A DNA stretch of 64,000 nucleotides from Saprospiraceae bacterium (GTDB taxonomy: Bacteria; Bacteroidota; Bacteroidia; Chitinophagales; Saprospiraceae): positions 1,896 to 65,895 of the forward strand of contig JAAUTG010000001.1 of the NCBI GenBank assembly GCA_012031785.1, in the 5' to 3' direction. How positions within the stretch are numbered: the stretch's first letter is position 1; each line of letters begins with the position of its first letter. The position numbers and the translations under genes were made by a program. The notes under the pieces were generated by a model. The model had not been told where the DNA came from and did not search any database. It saw nothing but the letters and a program-made list of their open reading frames with translations. Of the stretch, positions 47,533 to 57,505 are shown piece after piece.

Positions 47533-48249
47533 CTAGAGGTCAAAGTCGTGAGCCTCCCTATACGCAATCGCCCGATTTTGCCTAGGGAATTGCCCGATTT
47601 CCATTTGATACATATCCATAAACTGCCGTTGTTGCGCCCGAACTGAGTTTCGCTCAGGGTTGCCGCCTTCATTCCACTGGTTAATTGTGGCGTGCTTCAA
47701 GGCAGTTGCTGAAATAGCATAGTATGCCATTGCAAATTGAATAGCTCCAAATGCGAATTCAGGCGGTTCAAGTTCGTCATCATCAGCTACTGGGACATTC
47801 CAATAACGATAGTAACGCATAAAAAATGTTGCCCCAGCCCCCATTGTACTGGTCAGTTTGATTTGGTTGTTTGTCCAAAGAAAGTAACCTTTATCACGGG
47901 ACAAATTAGACCAATCTGTTTCGTGCAACGGGTCAATATAGATGGTCTTGCCGTTTAGAATATAGTAGACCTCACCAGCCACCGTAATGGGTTCGACCAT
48001 ACGCGATGGCAACGGAAAGACCAAGTCGCATTCGAAGTTCCAGCGAACCCCCGCATCGCTTGAGACTGAAGGGGCGATTTTCAAATCACCATCCTGGATG
48101 ATCTGCATATCCCGTGCTGCCGTATGACTAGCAAACAGGTTTACCGCCATTCGGTAACAGTACAGCAAATCATCGTCCGAATAGGTTTTCTTATCGGGAT
48201 CATTCAGCGTGTTGCGCCGAACAAACTTTCGGAAATCGCCCCAAGTCGT
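47533..48249 (-). CDS. head-tail connector/adaptor candidate
   Basis: ATG 48249 lies just after the capsid gene stop. MTTWGDFRKFVRRNTLNDPDKKTYSDDDLLYCYRMAV resembles gp6-like connector N-termini. Confidence 0.45.
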   Translation of the reverse strand, partial: TTWGDFRKFVRRNTLNDPDKKTYSDDDLLYCYRMAVNLFASHTAARDMQIIQDGDLKIAPSVSSDAGVRWNFECDLVFPLPSRMVEPITVAGEVYYILNGKTIYIDPLHETDWSNLSRDKGYFLWTNNQIKLTSTMGAGATFFMRYYRYWNVPVADDDELEPPEFAFGAIQFAMAYYAISATALKHATINQWNEGGNPERNSVRAQQRQFMDMYQMEIGQFPRQNRAIAYREAHDFDL

Positions 48250-48253
48250 CATA

Positions 48254-49621
48254 CTAGGCAGGAACTGCCGCCCCTTTGATACGGTTACGACCAGCAAAGA
48301 ACCCGACTTCCAAAACCTTGGGTTCAAATGGGATGCAGTCGTAATACCCGTCAGTCACAAACCGATACATGGATTTGGTGTCATCCATCGGCTCATGGAT
48401 GTGGAGTTGAGGGGCATTGCCAACACCCATGACCACACCGTCACTCCCGCCAATAAAGGTAGCGGTATGAACGTGCTTTGCTTTGGTCACATAGGCATAG
48501 ACACCCGCCCCAAGGTCAACATTCATATCAACCATGAGGGGCTTATCCAGCACAATCTGCTTAGTCAGCGCGGTGATACCAACAATCCGACGATGTTGAA
48601 GCGTACCTTCCCTAAAATCCACCCCATTGGTGATGCCGTAAGCATCGGTACGGGTTACGTGAATGCTAATGATGTCATTCACAGCCAGGTCGGCTACATC
48701 GTCAACGGTGATGTAGCTCTTGTGAGCAGCAATGCTTTGCCCAACATAGTACGCGCCGTCCACCGCAGTGGTGCTGTCTGTGCCGTCGCCCTCATTGATT
48801 GGGTCAGTGACGGTAGTTTGCGCCACAATATCACCAGAGTTATAAAGGATTGCACGCGGGGTCTGGATAAACCGCACGTTTTGATAGGTGAACTGTTCAC
48901 CCTGGATAATGGCAGATGGGTTGTGATACAGCATCGTCGGCACAAAGCCAGCCGTTCCCAATTCGCCCGTTTCAGATCGAATGCCATAGATCGCACCAGG
49001 AGAGGTGATACACAGAATGTTGCCAATGTTCCCATCTTGGTTAGAAGCGTATGGCACGTCGCGTTCCGACATCCCCAAGTGAATGTCTTTGATGGTTTGG
49101 GTGCTGAGGATGTCACCAGTCCCAATGTCACTAAAGTCCGTACCACTACCATCGCCAAAGAAGCCGTACCCATTGCCAACGGCGACGTTATACAGAAAGG
49201 CATTGCGGGCGACATTGTCCATAATTTCAGTGTTGACTTGCGCCAAGCCAGCTTGAACAATCCGCCGTAACCCGCCCGCACCATTTTGCTGCCAGTAGGT
49301 AATCAGGTCGTCGTACTTGTGATACGAAACCTTTGCGCCGTAGTGCTTGAACGTAATCTTACGGGCAAAGCTATCCATATAGCTGGATGGCAGCCATAAA
49401 TCCCGCAAGCCGATAGGGTCGAAATTCGCATGAGGATAGACCAAAGAAGTGATGGTCATCTCAGGTGCGTTCCATGCCCCGTTATTGAACTGCGTGGTAA
49501 CAAACTTGGCGTAAATCGCCGCACGCTTCCACACTTCGTAAAGCGCAGGAATGTAGACGTTACGTTGGTTTTTATCCACGTTTGCCCAGGGATTAGCTGG
49601 GTAGTATGCGTCAAAAGTCAT
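48254..49621 (-). CDS. major capsid protein candidate
   Basis: 455 codons with a strong RBS (taggaggcaat-ATG), immediately after the scaffold-like gene. Confidence 0.6.
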   Translation of the reverse strand: MTFDAYYPANPWANVDKNQRNVYIPALYEVWKRAAIYAKFVTTQFNNGAWNAPEMTITSLVYPHANFDPIGLRDLWLPSSYMDSFARKITFKHYGAKVSYHKYDDLITYWQQNGAGGLRRIVQAGLAQVNTEIMDNVARNAFLYNVAVGNGYGFFGDGSGTDFSDIGTGDILSTQTIKDIHLGMSERDVPYASNQDGNIGNILCITSPGAIYGIRSETGELGTAGFVPTMLYHNPSAIIQGEQFTYQNVRFIQTPRAILYNSGDIVAQTTVTDPINEGDGTDSTTAVDGAYYVGQSIAAHKSYITVDDVADLAVNDIISIHVTRTDAYGITNGVDFREGTLQHRRIVGITALTKQIVLDKPLMVDMNVDLGAGVYAYVTKAKHVHTATFIGGSDGVVMGVGNAPQLHIHEPMDDTKSMYRFVTDGYYDCIPFEPKVLEVGFFAGRNRIKGAAVPA

Positions 49622-49629
49622 ATTGCCTC

Positions 49630-50286
49630 CTATTTAGAGGTTAGAGCCTCATACGCGGTATACACCTTTTGGTATTCCGCATCGCTCAAACCCCCACCCA
49701 TCAGTTTATTCCAAAGGGTGTCTGCATCTTCGCCGCTTCCCGCAGGCGATCCACTGCCACCAGTGTTAAGCTGTACCGTCGAACCTGAATTCTGGGTACT
49801 TGCGACATTGGTTTTGGTTTCGACTTTGATGGCACGCATATTCTCTAAATAAGTTCTTCGTGCTTCATCATCAGCATCAACCAGGTGGTTCAGCAGCCCT
49901 TTCTCTAATTCTATTTGTAATTCTGGGTACTCAGTCTTTATTGAAGATTGGAACGCTTTTTCCTTGGCGGATTGCTCAATGGTCTTCTGCGCTTCTTCAA
50001 GTTGTGTCTTGTATCCAGATGATGCGGCTTTTAGAGCTTCCGTTTCGGTTTGATACGCCGTGCGAACCGATTCTAGCTCAGTGCGAACAGTTGATAATTC
50101 AGCTACTGCCTGGTCATGATCGGTTTTCAGCTTATTGGTATATCCACGTAAGCCCGACAGTTCCCCGTTAACCCGCTTCAGTTCAGCCTCCTTTTCGGCA
50201 AGCTGACTCCGGAGTGCTTGGAGTAGTTCCTCAGAAACCTTCACGGCTGACACATCGTCTCCGTTAGTGTTGTTCCCATCTGACAT
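49630..50286 (-). CDS. scaffolding protein candidate
   Basis: 218 codons, Glu/Lys/Leu/Ala-rich coiled-coil sequence between the portal and capsid genes. Confidence 0.55.
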   Translation of the reverse strand: MSDGNNTNGDDVSAVKVSEELLQALRSQLAEKEAELKRVNGELSGLRGYTNKLKTDHDQAVAELSTVRTELESVRTAYQTETEALKAASSGYKTQLEEAQKTIEQSAKEKAFQSSIKTEYPELQIELEKGLLNHLVDADDEARRTYLENMRAIKVETKTNVASTQNSGSTVQLNTGGSGSPAGSGEDADTLWNKLMGGGLSDAEYQKVYTAYEALTSK

Positions 50287-50363
50287 TTTTATTTGCTCCT
50301 AATAAAAAACGGGTACGCAAAGACACGTACCCGCTTTCCCTTTTTGGTTAATTTCATTCTACG

Positions 50364-51990
50364 TTATTTTTTGTCCTTGGTCAAATTCTTATCCATTTCA
50401 GGCTTATCATCCTTTGGCTCAGTATCCTTTGGAGACATACTTTGCATTTGCTCAATCTTTTTAGCAGCGTCTTCTTCGATCCGTGCTAACTCTTCTTCGA
50501 TATTTTCTATGTCACCGAAGTCTGATATGGCTTTTTGGCGTGAAGATAGACCAGCATTGTGGCGATTAATAATTTCTGCCGATACCTCCTGACGATCACG
50601 CGCTACAATCGGCTTCCAGTTTTGCACAGTAACACATTGTACCTGAAATTTCAGGTATATCTATGTCAATGTAGGGTATCACCGACTGTTTAACTTGAGC
50701 CATTTTCGAAATTATATAAGCAATGCGATCCATCCCGTCATTCCAATAGGCGCGACGTTCCCGTGCCAGCGATGTCATAGGGAAGAGCGACTGAGAAACG
50801 GCTAAAAAGCTGCGTTGGCTGCCTCCTAAGTCCCCGTATGCCGTATCGGGTACTGAACCCGTTTTTTGAGCTTGGCTGAATACTTTTTCAGGATATTCAG
50901 CTAGTCCTTGGGGTAAATCTGGCGGTTGTTCAGTCCAAACTTTCGGCTCTTTATTGTATGGAGGCAGGGTACTTCCCAGTGAAATAATAGACAGGTTGTC
51001 GCCAAGTGACAATTTGGATGGCGTTTGCCGTATGTCCGTGCCGTACCGCTTTAAGTTTAACGCCCTGCGGATAAAATCACCCTGGTGTTTCAAGGCGGAA
51101 TTATACTCAAACGTTATACCATCCAAAAGATCAACGACGGACATTCCGTAGGGTGTGCCTACCCGTATGTTTGGTATATAAACATATGGCACTTCGCCAA
51201 ATGGGTTGTGGAGGTTTTCATAAATCACCCCATCACGACGCATTGGCTGACCATCTATGTAAATCGAATACCGATCTTCTGTCCAATGCTCAATATAAAT
51301 TGAGTATGTTGCCGTATTCATCGCTGACATTGGCATGTCATTGGCAATAGACCTTGATGGAATACGGTACGCGACATAACATTCAGACAAGCGGTAATAA
51401 TCGTCATCCCGAAAAACAGGAAAGAAATAGTCTGGTGGCAAAACGGACACACTAATTGGGATCGTTCTGTTTTTCAGCCAAGGCGACCAACGGATTCGAT
51501 ATACCGTTCCACCTAGGAATAGGGAGAGGATTGCTCCCTCAAACTGTTGAGTTCGACCACCGCTTTCATGCCAGACAGTGTTAACCACATTGGTTAGCGT
51601 GGTCGCCAGCATTTTAGCTTCTTCCGTCGGCTCTCTCCCAGATGCAAAGGTTCTGGGAGTGTAGGTTGTGGATATGTAAGGCTTGTGGTCTTCTGTCAAT
51701 TCTTCACCAATTAGCATGGCGGCGTGTTTTATTACGTAATCAAAAACAATATTTACTTTCAAAGGAAAGTAATATATTGGCTCTTTTTGTGCAGTAAATC
51801 CTTTCACGCCTGTGAGGACTTCGCCAGTGAAGAAATCCCAATATCGTGTGTATCTAGCGACTTGCTCCGACCATTCTGGAATCGGAAATCCGACGGGCAG
51901 CCGATCCTCATCTAAGGTCATATTCGCTATTCCAAGCCGTCTGGATTTTATCCCCGCTAGACTTGAAAGACTATAGAAATCAGCCCCCAT
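50364..51990 (-). CDS. portal protein, reading frame interrupted near 50640-50660
   Basis: 464-codon ORF directly downstream of terL. The next 87-codon ORF (+1 frame, open from 50658) reads VTVQNWKPIVARDRQEVSAEIINRHNAGLSSRQKAISDFGDIENIEEELARIEED, which resembles the conserved C-terminal region of SPP1 gp6-type portals. Confidence 0.65.
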
Positions 51991-52289
51991 ATTTCATACC
52001 TCCACATAGTAAAAAGGATTGGAGCGAAGTGCCATATCGCCCCAACCAGTCGTAGTAAAACACCAGGAAGAAAGGGAATAGCGACGTATCGCTTCTTTAA
52101 TCATACCTGAATTCATTCTCAAGTACAATCGCAGACAAATACTCAGATGGGTGTCGTGACGGTAATGGAAGCTGGTTTTCAATTAAATATACAGTCGAAA
52201 ATGTTAACATCCGATGCCCAATAAGGTACAAACGTTTTCCAATTACATAGGCAATACGATTTTTCATATTGGATATTTTGGAACTTATC

Positions 52290-54101
52290 TTATAAATCGA
52301 AATCTTCAAATGTGTCATAACGCCCAAGATTATCCTCCTCTATTTGCTCCCCGTACCTGCTTGCGGGTACAACGGGTTCGTTTACGAATTTATCCATTGC
52401 TTCTGCATAGGATGGCTCAAGCCCATACACCAATACCAATAGCGCGGCGACAATATCTTGCTTGATCCCAGTATCGGGTAATTTGTAGCCAGTTATTTGC
52501 TTGATAATAGGCGTAATTTTTGATGGCACTTTCACGTGACCATCTGCAAATATTTTTTTAGCAAGTGTCAAATACCGAAACTTATTCGCTCCACCAAAGT
52601 TGGCTGGCATTGCGCCAATTTCGTTTAACCCAATCGGCAGGGAGTCATAACCCGCCTGGAAGCCAGTCCCGTCGTAAAATGCGCTGGCGTAAGTGCGGTA
52701 CTTAGAATTCAATTCCTTATAGGCGGAAATCCAAGGATTTGGGCTACCCATACCAGACACCCACCAGAATTCAGTCAGTCTAGCTGGTATTGTTGGGAAA
52801 TTCGTTATATTGAAAACCATCAGAACGGGGCTGTTACGTTCTGGGGGGTTCTCTGTGCCAGGATCAGCCACCAACATGTAGACCTGACCAGATTCTGGCG
52901 GGATCGCCCAATGCGTAACCAGATCGCCATTAGCTTCCCAAATATAGTCCTTTAGGCGGCGGTTGATACCTGTGTCATGAAGGTCATCCAGTGTGGGGGA
53001 ACGCATCGCATCAACAGTAGAGGTCGGGAAGATGCTACCAGAACGCTGTGGCGGGCGACCACCTAGATACTGTTCTCTTTTCAAGGGGTTTTCGCCGACA
53101 TTGCGTAGGTAGCGATCAAGATCATAAGGGGTTAAATAGAAGTTGTCTGCCGTGTTGGGAGACGACACGTATATCTCCCGACTACCAGCGACACCCTTCT
53201 CATACAAATCCCACAATTCAACATTGCCGTGATCTTCAGCATTGGCAATCAGGTAGAGCGTTCCAAGCCTGCGCCGTCCGCCAACCATCCCGCGAAAACG
53301 GGTGGAAACGTGTCGCCTCAACTCAGTAAGGTTTTCAACGCCTTCAGCTTGATCTAGTGCTGCGCTGTCGGCGGTAATGGTCAATATTTTTTGACTATCC
53401 CGCTCCATTGAGCGTGTTTCAATCACACTATTATAACCGATCTGACTGCTCCCCAAGAAAAATCGCCAGGGTCTGGTCGTGCGTTTTAATAAAAACTTTT
53501 GTTCATACACGGTATCCGTGATAAGCATATTTGCCAGTTTCGTTCCTTCCTCAGCCTGGTCATTTTTGGGGGCAAGGAGGAGTGAACGATAATGGCGCAG
53601 CGTACCCGCGTAATACAACATTTCGGCTACTGTGTTCAGCGTTTTGCCTGAGCCATAGCCTCCCAAGATAATTCTCAACTCCTGTTTGGCTTTCCGCATA
53701 TCCATGAACCATTTGGGTAGACGAAACCCGTGACGGTGGTGGAAGACAATATCCTGACCTTCCTGCTGGATTCGAAACCTTTTCAAGTGATAGTAATCAT
53801 GCGCGTCATATTTTTCTTTAGTGACGGGCAAATATGCTCCGTTTTCCAGTTCCACAAAGTAATCTGGTTGTGATAGGTCATCCCAAATTTCATAGATAGC
53901 TTCATAGCCATCAATCCAACGCTGAAGAGTGGCTATAAAGGGTGGATAGTCAATCACTTTCAGAATGTCATCTGGGACTGGTCGCCACCATGTTCCAGTG
54001 TATTCCCCCTGGAGAAAGCGATTTAGGAAGAAATTAGGCTGATCGTAACGGATTGACTGCTCAATAATCGCTAGATCAGCCTTATTCAGCTTGTCGGGCA
54101 T
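52290..54101 (-). CDS. terL: terminase large subunit
   Basis: Walker A ILGGYGSGKTLN, an ATPase-then-nuclease layout, 603 codons, and a position upstream of the portal gene. Confidence 0.85.
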   Translation of the reverse strand: MPDKLNKADLAIIEQSIRYDQPNFFLNRFLQGEYTGTWWRPVPDDILKVIDYPPFIATLQRWIDGYEAIYEIWDDLSQPDYFVELENGAYLPVTKEKYDAHDYYHLKRFRIQQEGQDIVFHHRHGFRLPKWFMDMRKAKQELRIILGGYGSGKTLNTVAEMLYYAGTLRHYRSLLLAPKNDQAEEGTKLANMLITDTVYEQKFLLKRTTRPWRFFLGSSQIGYNSVIETRSMERDSQKILTITADSAALDQAEGVENLTELRRHVSTRFRGMVGGRRRLGTLYLIANAEDHGNVELWDLYEKGVAGSREIYVSSPNTADNFYLTPYDLDRYLRNVGENPLKREQYLGGRPPQRSGSIFPTSTVDAMRSPTLDDLHDTGINRRLKDYIWEANGDLVTHWAIPPESGQVYMLVADPGTENPPERNSPVLMVFNITNFPTIPARLTEFWWVSGMGSPNPWISAYKELNSKYRTYASAFYDGTGFQAGYDSLPIGLNEIGAMPANFGGANKFRYLTLAKKIFADGHVKVPSKITPIIKQITGYKLPDTGIKQDIVAALLVLVYGLEPSYAEAMDKFVNEPVVPASRYGEQIEEDNLGRYDTFEDFDL

Positions 54102-54400
54102 TAATCTTCGCTATCTTCAGCGTTGCCCGAAGCGGGCGCATCCTCCACAGTCGGCGGAGCGGATTTCACCCGCTTTCTGGTCGTCGCAACAGGTTGCGGG
54201 GGGCTAGGTTGCTGGATGGTGGTTTTTTCGTAGAAGGTGCTTGTTCCACCTAATACGACAAACTTGATAACCTGGTTGTCTTGCAAGCGGCGAAGCCGAA
54301 ACCCATTGTAATTGATAATGCTGGTCTTTTCAGTCGCGCAGATCGCCTCCAGATGGCTGAAAAGGTTCGGGTCACTTTCTTGCGTAATCGGTGAGTTCAT
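54101..54400 (-). CDS. hypothetical protein (in the position of a small terminase subunit)
   Basis: 99 codons coupled to terL. No motif recognised. Confidence 0.4.
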   Translation of the reverse strand: MNSPITQESDPNLFSHLEAICATEKTSIINYNGFRLRRLQDNQVIKFVVLGGTSTFYEKTTIQQPSPPQPVATTRKRVKSAPPTVEDAPASGNAEDSED

Positions 54401-54660
54401 TTCAGGTCTGCTCCCTCTATACCAGAAAAATCTGGCGAATAAAAACTGCGATAGCCGTCCCTATTAATTTTACCAAACGTGTCTTTTTCTGGTACGTTAG
54501 GGACGGGAACGTAAAAAGTTGTGTCATTATCACGAATAACCCGATAGTATTGCCCATCGGACTTGCGATACATCACAACCACGCCGTTTGAGGCAGAAAC
54601 TTCCGCATCGAATTCAGGGTCAATCCCCTGGAAAAGACGAACATCGCTCATAACACACAC
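54397..54660 (-). CDS. hypothetical protein
   Basis: 87-codon ORF with coupled overlaps. Confidence 0.45.
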   Translation of the reverse strand: MCVMSDVRLFQGIDPEFDAEVSASNGVVVMYRKSDGQYYRVIRDNDTTFYVPVPNVPEKDTFGKINRDGYRSFYSPDFSGIEGADLK

Positions 54661-55430
54661 GCCAGGCGACGTTTGTCAATGCGTCGTTCAATCATCGGTT
54701 TGACATAGACATCTTTTGCCGCGCCGTTGCCCCGATTTAAGTCGTTCAGGGTCAAATCAAACGTCGCTATCATTGTTGGAAACTGAAATTGTTGCCACAA
54801 TTCCAAAAATAGCTTCCCGTTGATCGGGCGACCACTGAACAAGATTTCGATCAGCCAGATCGCATTTTCCTCATCGAAAAAACCGACCAGAGTCACGGGC
54901 TGATTGTATTCATTATTGAGGGCGGCAATCAGTTGTCGCATTTTTTTCCACTGCGGATGCGCTTCACTCAGTGTCGTTTCTGGTTGCTGCCCGCGTTGCT
55001 TTTTCATAGTGAAAATCGGGCGATTCTTCCGATACGTGACACCCAGTAACGGCTCATTCATCAGGTGCGGAGCAGCGTCTTCAGGTAGCATAACCTCAAA
55101 AGGTAATTGCGGAAGATCGTCTTTCACGGGGATTGCGGCATCAATAAACAGTGGGCTTAAGTCATCCCCGTCATTGGCAACTATATCTAGGACGCTCAAC
55201 GGGACTGCAAACTTAGTGGCTACATATTCAATGGTGGTTTTTCCCTTTCGCACTTTGATATTGTGCGAAAGATGCGTTTTCTCATCCAGTGAAAACGCTT
55301 GGTCACTTACAACAACCAAATCACCCTCACCAACCTCAAACACGCAAGTGCATTGTCCCTGTGTGGTATCTACGACGTAGCCATTAATCCCCTTCTGGGG
55401 CGGCATTGTTACACGACCTACGATAATCAC
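54648..55430 (-). CDS. hypothetical protein (start 55430 or 55406)
   Basis: 260-codon ORF. Confidence 0.5.
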   Translation of the reverse strand: MIIVGRVTMPPQKGINGYVVDTTQGQCTCVFEVGEGDLVVVSDQAFSLDEKTHLSHNIKVRKGKTTIEYVATKFAVPLSVLDIVANDGDDLSPLFIDAAIPVKDDLPQLPFEVMLPEDAAPHLMNEPLLGVTYRKNRPIFTMKKQRGQQPETTLSEAHPQWKKMRQLIAALNNEYNQPVTLVGFFDEENAIWLIEILFSGRPINGKLFLELWQQFQFPTMIATFDLTLNDLNRGNGAAKDVYVKPMIERRIDKRRLACVL

Positions 55431-55629
55431 TTGTTTTTTCTCCTGCTAGGATACTGCTTTTCAAGTTAGCGATTGGAATAGCCTTAAATCCATTTCGCTT
55501 GTCTCTATTAGCAATTGTAACATATTGGGACAAGTCCATACCAGCTACTGCCAGCATGTCTACCAGCACCCATTCCTCTATTTCCCCATCGGCATCCAGC
55601 CAGCAATAAATCATATAATCCGCTAGCAT
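55384..55629 (-). CDS. hypothetical protein
   Basis: 81-codon ORF. Confidence 0.4.
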   Translation of the reverse strand: MLADYMIYCWLDADGEIEEWVLVDMLAVAGMDLSQYVTIANRDKRNGFKAIPIANLKSSILAGEKTSDYRRSCNNAAPEGD

Positions 55630-56060
55630 CTTTTTTTCAACTCAGTCTTTTTATCAAGGTATACCCGCACAGTTATATCCCGATAAGTGACATTTCGTCG
55701 AACACGAATGCCTAATTTGGGGCGGGGAACAACTACCCGCATATCCATCCCCTGCCAATCCTCACTCTCAGATGATGTCTTCCACGTAATGAGATGGTGA
55801 GCTACTTTAGACCAGAGCTTGCTTAATATCTGATCCTCAATACCACGACCATAGGCATAATCACGCTGCTGGCGGGTTTGCTCTAATCTAACATATTTCG
55901 ACGGAACACTGGCTGTTTGGGATGGGAACTGTATCTTATATGATGTCTTGCCGATGTCTTTTATAACACCAACTTCTTTTTCTATCTTCCCTAGAAAGAG
56001 ATTGGGCGCGTCCTTGCGCCACTTCTCTATATCTATTGAAACGCTATCCCCTACCCTCAT
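55623..56060 (-). CDS. hypothetical protein
   Basis: I prefer the start at MRVGDSV (56060), which follows ggggtggggag. The ORF-track start at 56153 lies inside the upstream gene. Confidence 0.45.
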   Translation of the reverse strand: MRVGDSVSIDIEKWRKDAPNLFLGKIEKEVGVIKDIGKTSYKIQFPSQTASVPSKYVRLEQTRQQRDYAYGRGIEDQILSKLWSKVAHHLITWKTSSESEDWQGMDMRVVVPRPKLGIRVRRNVTYRDITVRVYLDKKTELKKRC

Positions 56061-56289
56061 CTCCCCACCCCTTCCCCTCATAATTTCCGATAATATCGCT
56101 ATCTGGAACGTATTTCGCGTTATCAGGCAGGTCGTCTGGCACTGGCTGCCCACCCTCCATGCGGATCGAACGCAAATTCACCCGATGTCCATCACATCGC
56201 TTGTTCCTGCACAGCGCAATCGCTGTGTTTCTATTGTGTGACACCCCCATCTGTGTCCCGCAAATTGGGCAAAAATTCATTCTTTGCAT
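56044..56289 (-). CDS. zinc-ribbon protein
   Basis: CPICGTQ...CRNKRCDGH. Confidence 0.5.
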   Translation of the reverse strand: MQRMNFCPICGTQMGVSHNRNTAIALCRNKRCDGHRVNLRSIRMEGGQPVPDDLPDNAKYVPDSDIIGNYEGKGWGDEGRG

Positions 56290-56513
56290 CCTTCCTCAAA
56301 CCATACCGACATGCCGAAAATCTGACTATCTCTTCGATAGACGGTGATCGGCTCATCCAGAATATCAAGACGGACACACTGCGACCTTTCCCCGTTTTTT
56401 GAGGCGGCAAAATCATCTGCCACAAACTTAAACCCAGACGCAACTGCCACGATGATAAGGATAAAAGCCCACCGTGATCGAAACCACCGAAACGATAAAG
56501 ATAACTTATCCAT
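56277..56513 (-). CDS. small membrane protein
   Basis: ATG 56513 lies after taggaggtatt. WAFILIIVAVASGF is a transmembrane-like segment. Confidence 0.45.
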   Translation of the reverse strand: MDKLSLSFRWFRSRWAFILIIVAVASGFKFVADDFAASKNGERSQCVRLDILDEPITVYRRDSQIFGMSVWFEEGCKE

Positions 56514-56521
56514 AATACCTC

Positions 56522-56641
56522 CTAAAACCCCGCTATAAACGCAATTACGACCATCAATAGGCAAACTGCCACACACACACCGAAACACACCACCAATGCC
56601 ACGAAAACGACCTCAAACAAGCTATCTTCACGTTGGTTCAT
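56522..56641 (-). CDS. very small membrane protein (39 aa)
   Basis: MNQREDSLFEVVFVALVVCFGVCVAVCLLMVVIAFIAGF. The RBS is weak. Confidence 0.3.
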   Translation of the reverse strand: MNQREDSLFEVVFVALVVCFGVCVAVCLLMVVIAFIAGF

Positions 56642-56897
56642 TGGTAAACCGCCGATTGCTCCGCTTGCCGCTATAATTCCGATCCGCGCTGGCAAATGGG
56701 TCATAGCCGCTCTTTTTCGCCTCTTCTGAGGAAACAGCTTTTCCGATGATCGTGCGAACGCCATAACGCTCACAAGACTCTGTCAAACAAATGCTGTACT
56801 TAACGCCGTTAATATCTTGCTCCCATTCCATGTTGCCGCATTCAGGGCAAACCAGAATTGCACCAAAAACCTTAGATTGTAGACCGAATTGCGCCAT
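56628..56897 (-). CDS. zinc-ribbon protein
   Basis: ATG 56897 lies after agcaggaggtttt. CPECGN...CLTESCERYG. Confidence 0.5.
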   Translation of the reverse strand: MAQFGLQSKVFGAILVCPECGNMEWEQDINGVKYSICLTESCERYGVRTIIGKAVSSEEAKKSGYDPFASADRNYSGKRSNRRFTNEPT

Positions 56898-56937
56898 AAA
56901 ACCTCCTGCTTGATACGTAGTAGTTCCTTGTTCTTTT

Positions 56938-56966
56938 ATTTTACCAAATTTTTTGTGAGGGGTCAA
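56938..56966 (-). promoter_or_regulatory. near-consensus sigma70-type promoter TTGACC-N17-TGgTAAAAT
   Basis: On the - strand: aaccTTGACCcctcacaaaaaatttggTAAAATaaaag, about 40 nt upstream of ATG 56897. Confidence 0.6.
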
Positions 56967-57092
56967 GGTTTTTGGGGTTTTGTGCGCGATGGGTCTAATT
57001 CAATAGTTAGTTTATAGCCAAAGTGAGCATGGGGCTAACGCGCTACATAGGGTAGCCACTTCATGCTTACTGAGTCCCATAGGAGGATTATC

Positions 57093-57383
57093 ATGGCTGA
57101 AATTTTCTCAATGAGCCAACTGTCAGAGTACGACAATGATGGGAATACCATCGTTGTTAGGGTCAGACAAGTTGGTAGTGACACGCTTGAGTACACTGCG
57201 CGTTTGCGCGGTGTGCCGAAGCACATCGGATCATTCACTTCCCGTTGGGGGGTGAATGAGATCGAAACCGACCAGATCGTTAAGATTGGGTTGGAATTTT
57301 TACAGGAAAACTTGACTGGTACGCATCTGCGTTTCCGCAAGCTATTTCTGGCAGAGGTCGGGGGCAAGCTGTATAAGCTATAG
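57093..57383 (+). CDS. hypothetical protein
   Basis: ATG lies after ataggaggattatc. Confidence 0.5.
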   Translation: MAEIFSMSQLSEYDNDGNTIVVRVRQVGSDTLEYTARLRGVPKHIGSFTSRWGVNEIETDQIVKIGLEFLQENLTGTHLRFRKLFLAEVGGKLYKL

Positions 57384-57398
57384 CCTCAACATTATATC

Positions 57399-57427
57399 GG
57401 GCGGCTGGCGTTTGCTGGTTGACCCTA
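57399..57427 (+). repeat. conserved 29-nt intergenic box, copy 1 (GGCGGCTGGCGTTTGCTGGTTGACCCTAC)
   Basis: Aligns with 58587-58614 and 59617-59644. It abuts the 5' arm of stem-loop A. Confidence 0.7.
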
Positions 57428-57460
57428 CCTGAAATGGGCAAACCTTTGAGAGGTTTCAGG
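57428..57460 (+). promoter_or_regulatory. bipartite intergenic stem-loop A
   Basis: Outer stem CCTGA/TCAGG, 5' bulge AATGGGCA, inner stem AACCT/AGGTT, loop TTGAG. Confidence 0.65.
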
Positions 57461-57505
57461 CAATAACGCCAATATGCCCATTCTAGTCCACAGAAGGAGT
57501 ATTTC

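Noticed and set aside
48209-49270. 353-codon + strand ORF antisense to the capsid gene
   Set aside because: It lies fully inside the - strand capsid ORF, which has a strong RBS and operon context. It has no RBS and a low-complexity Arg/His/Val-rich translation typical of antisense frames.
1235-50660. The five frame breaks as a coordinated programmed-recoding system
   Set aside because: Only the chaperone site has a canonical heptamer in the correct frame. The others sit at short homopolymers or unremarkable sequence and have mixed signs (+1 nt and -1 nt). Assembly indels or decay are more economical explanations until reads are checked.
57406-57471. Long-range pairing of the box (TGGCGTT) with AACGCCA downstream of stem-loop A
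   Set aside because: The complementary segment is present only in copy A. It is imperfect in E and absent in C.
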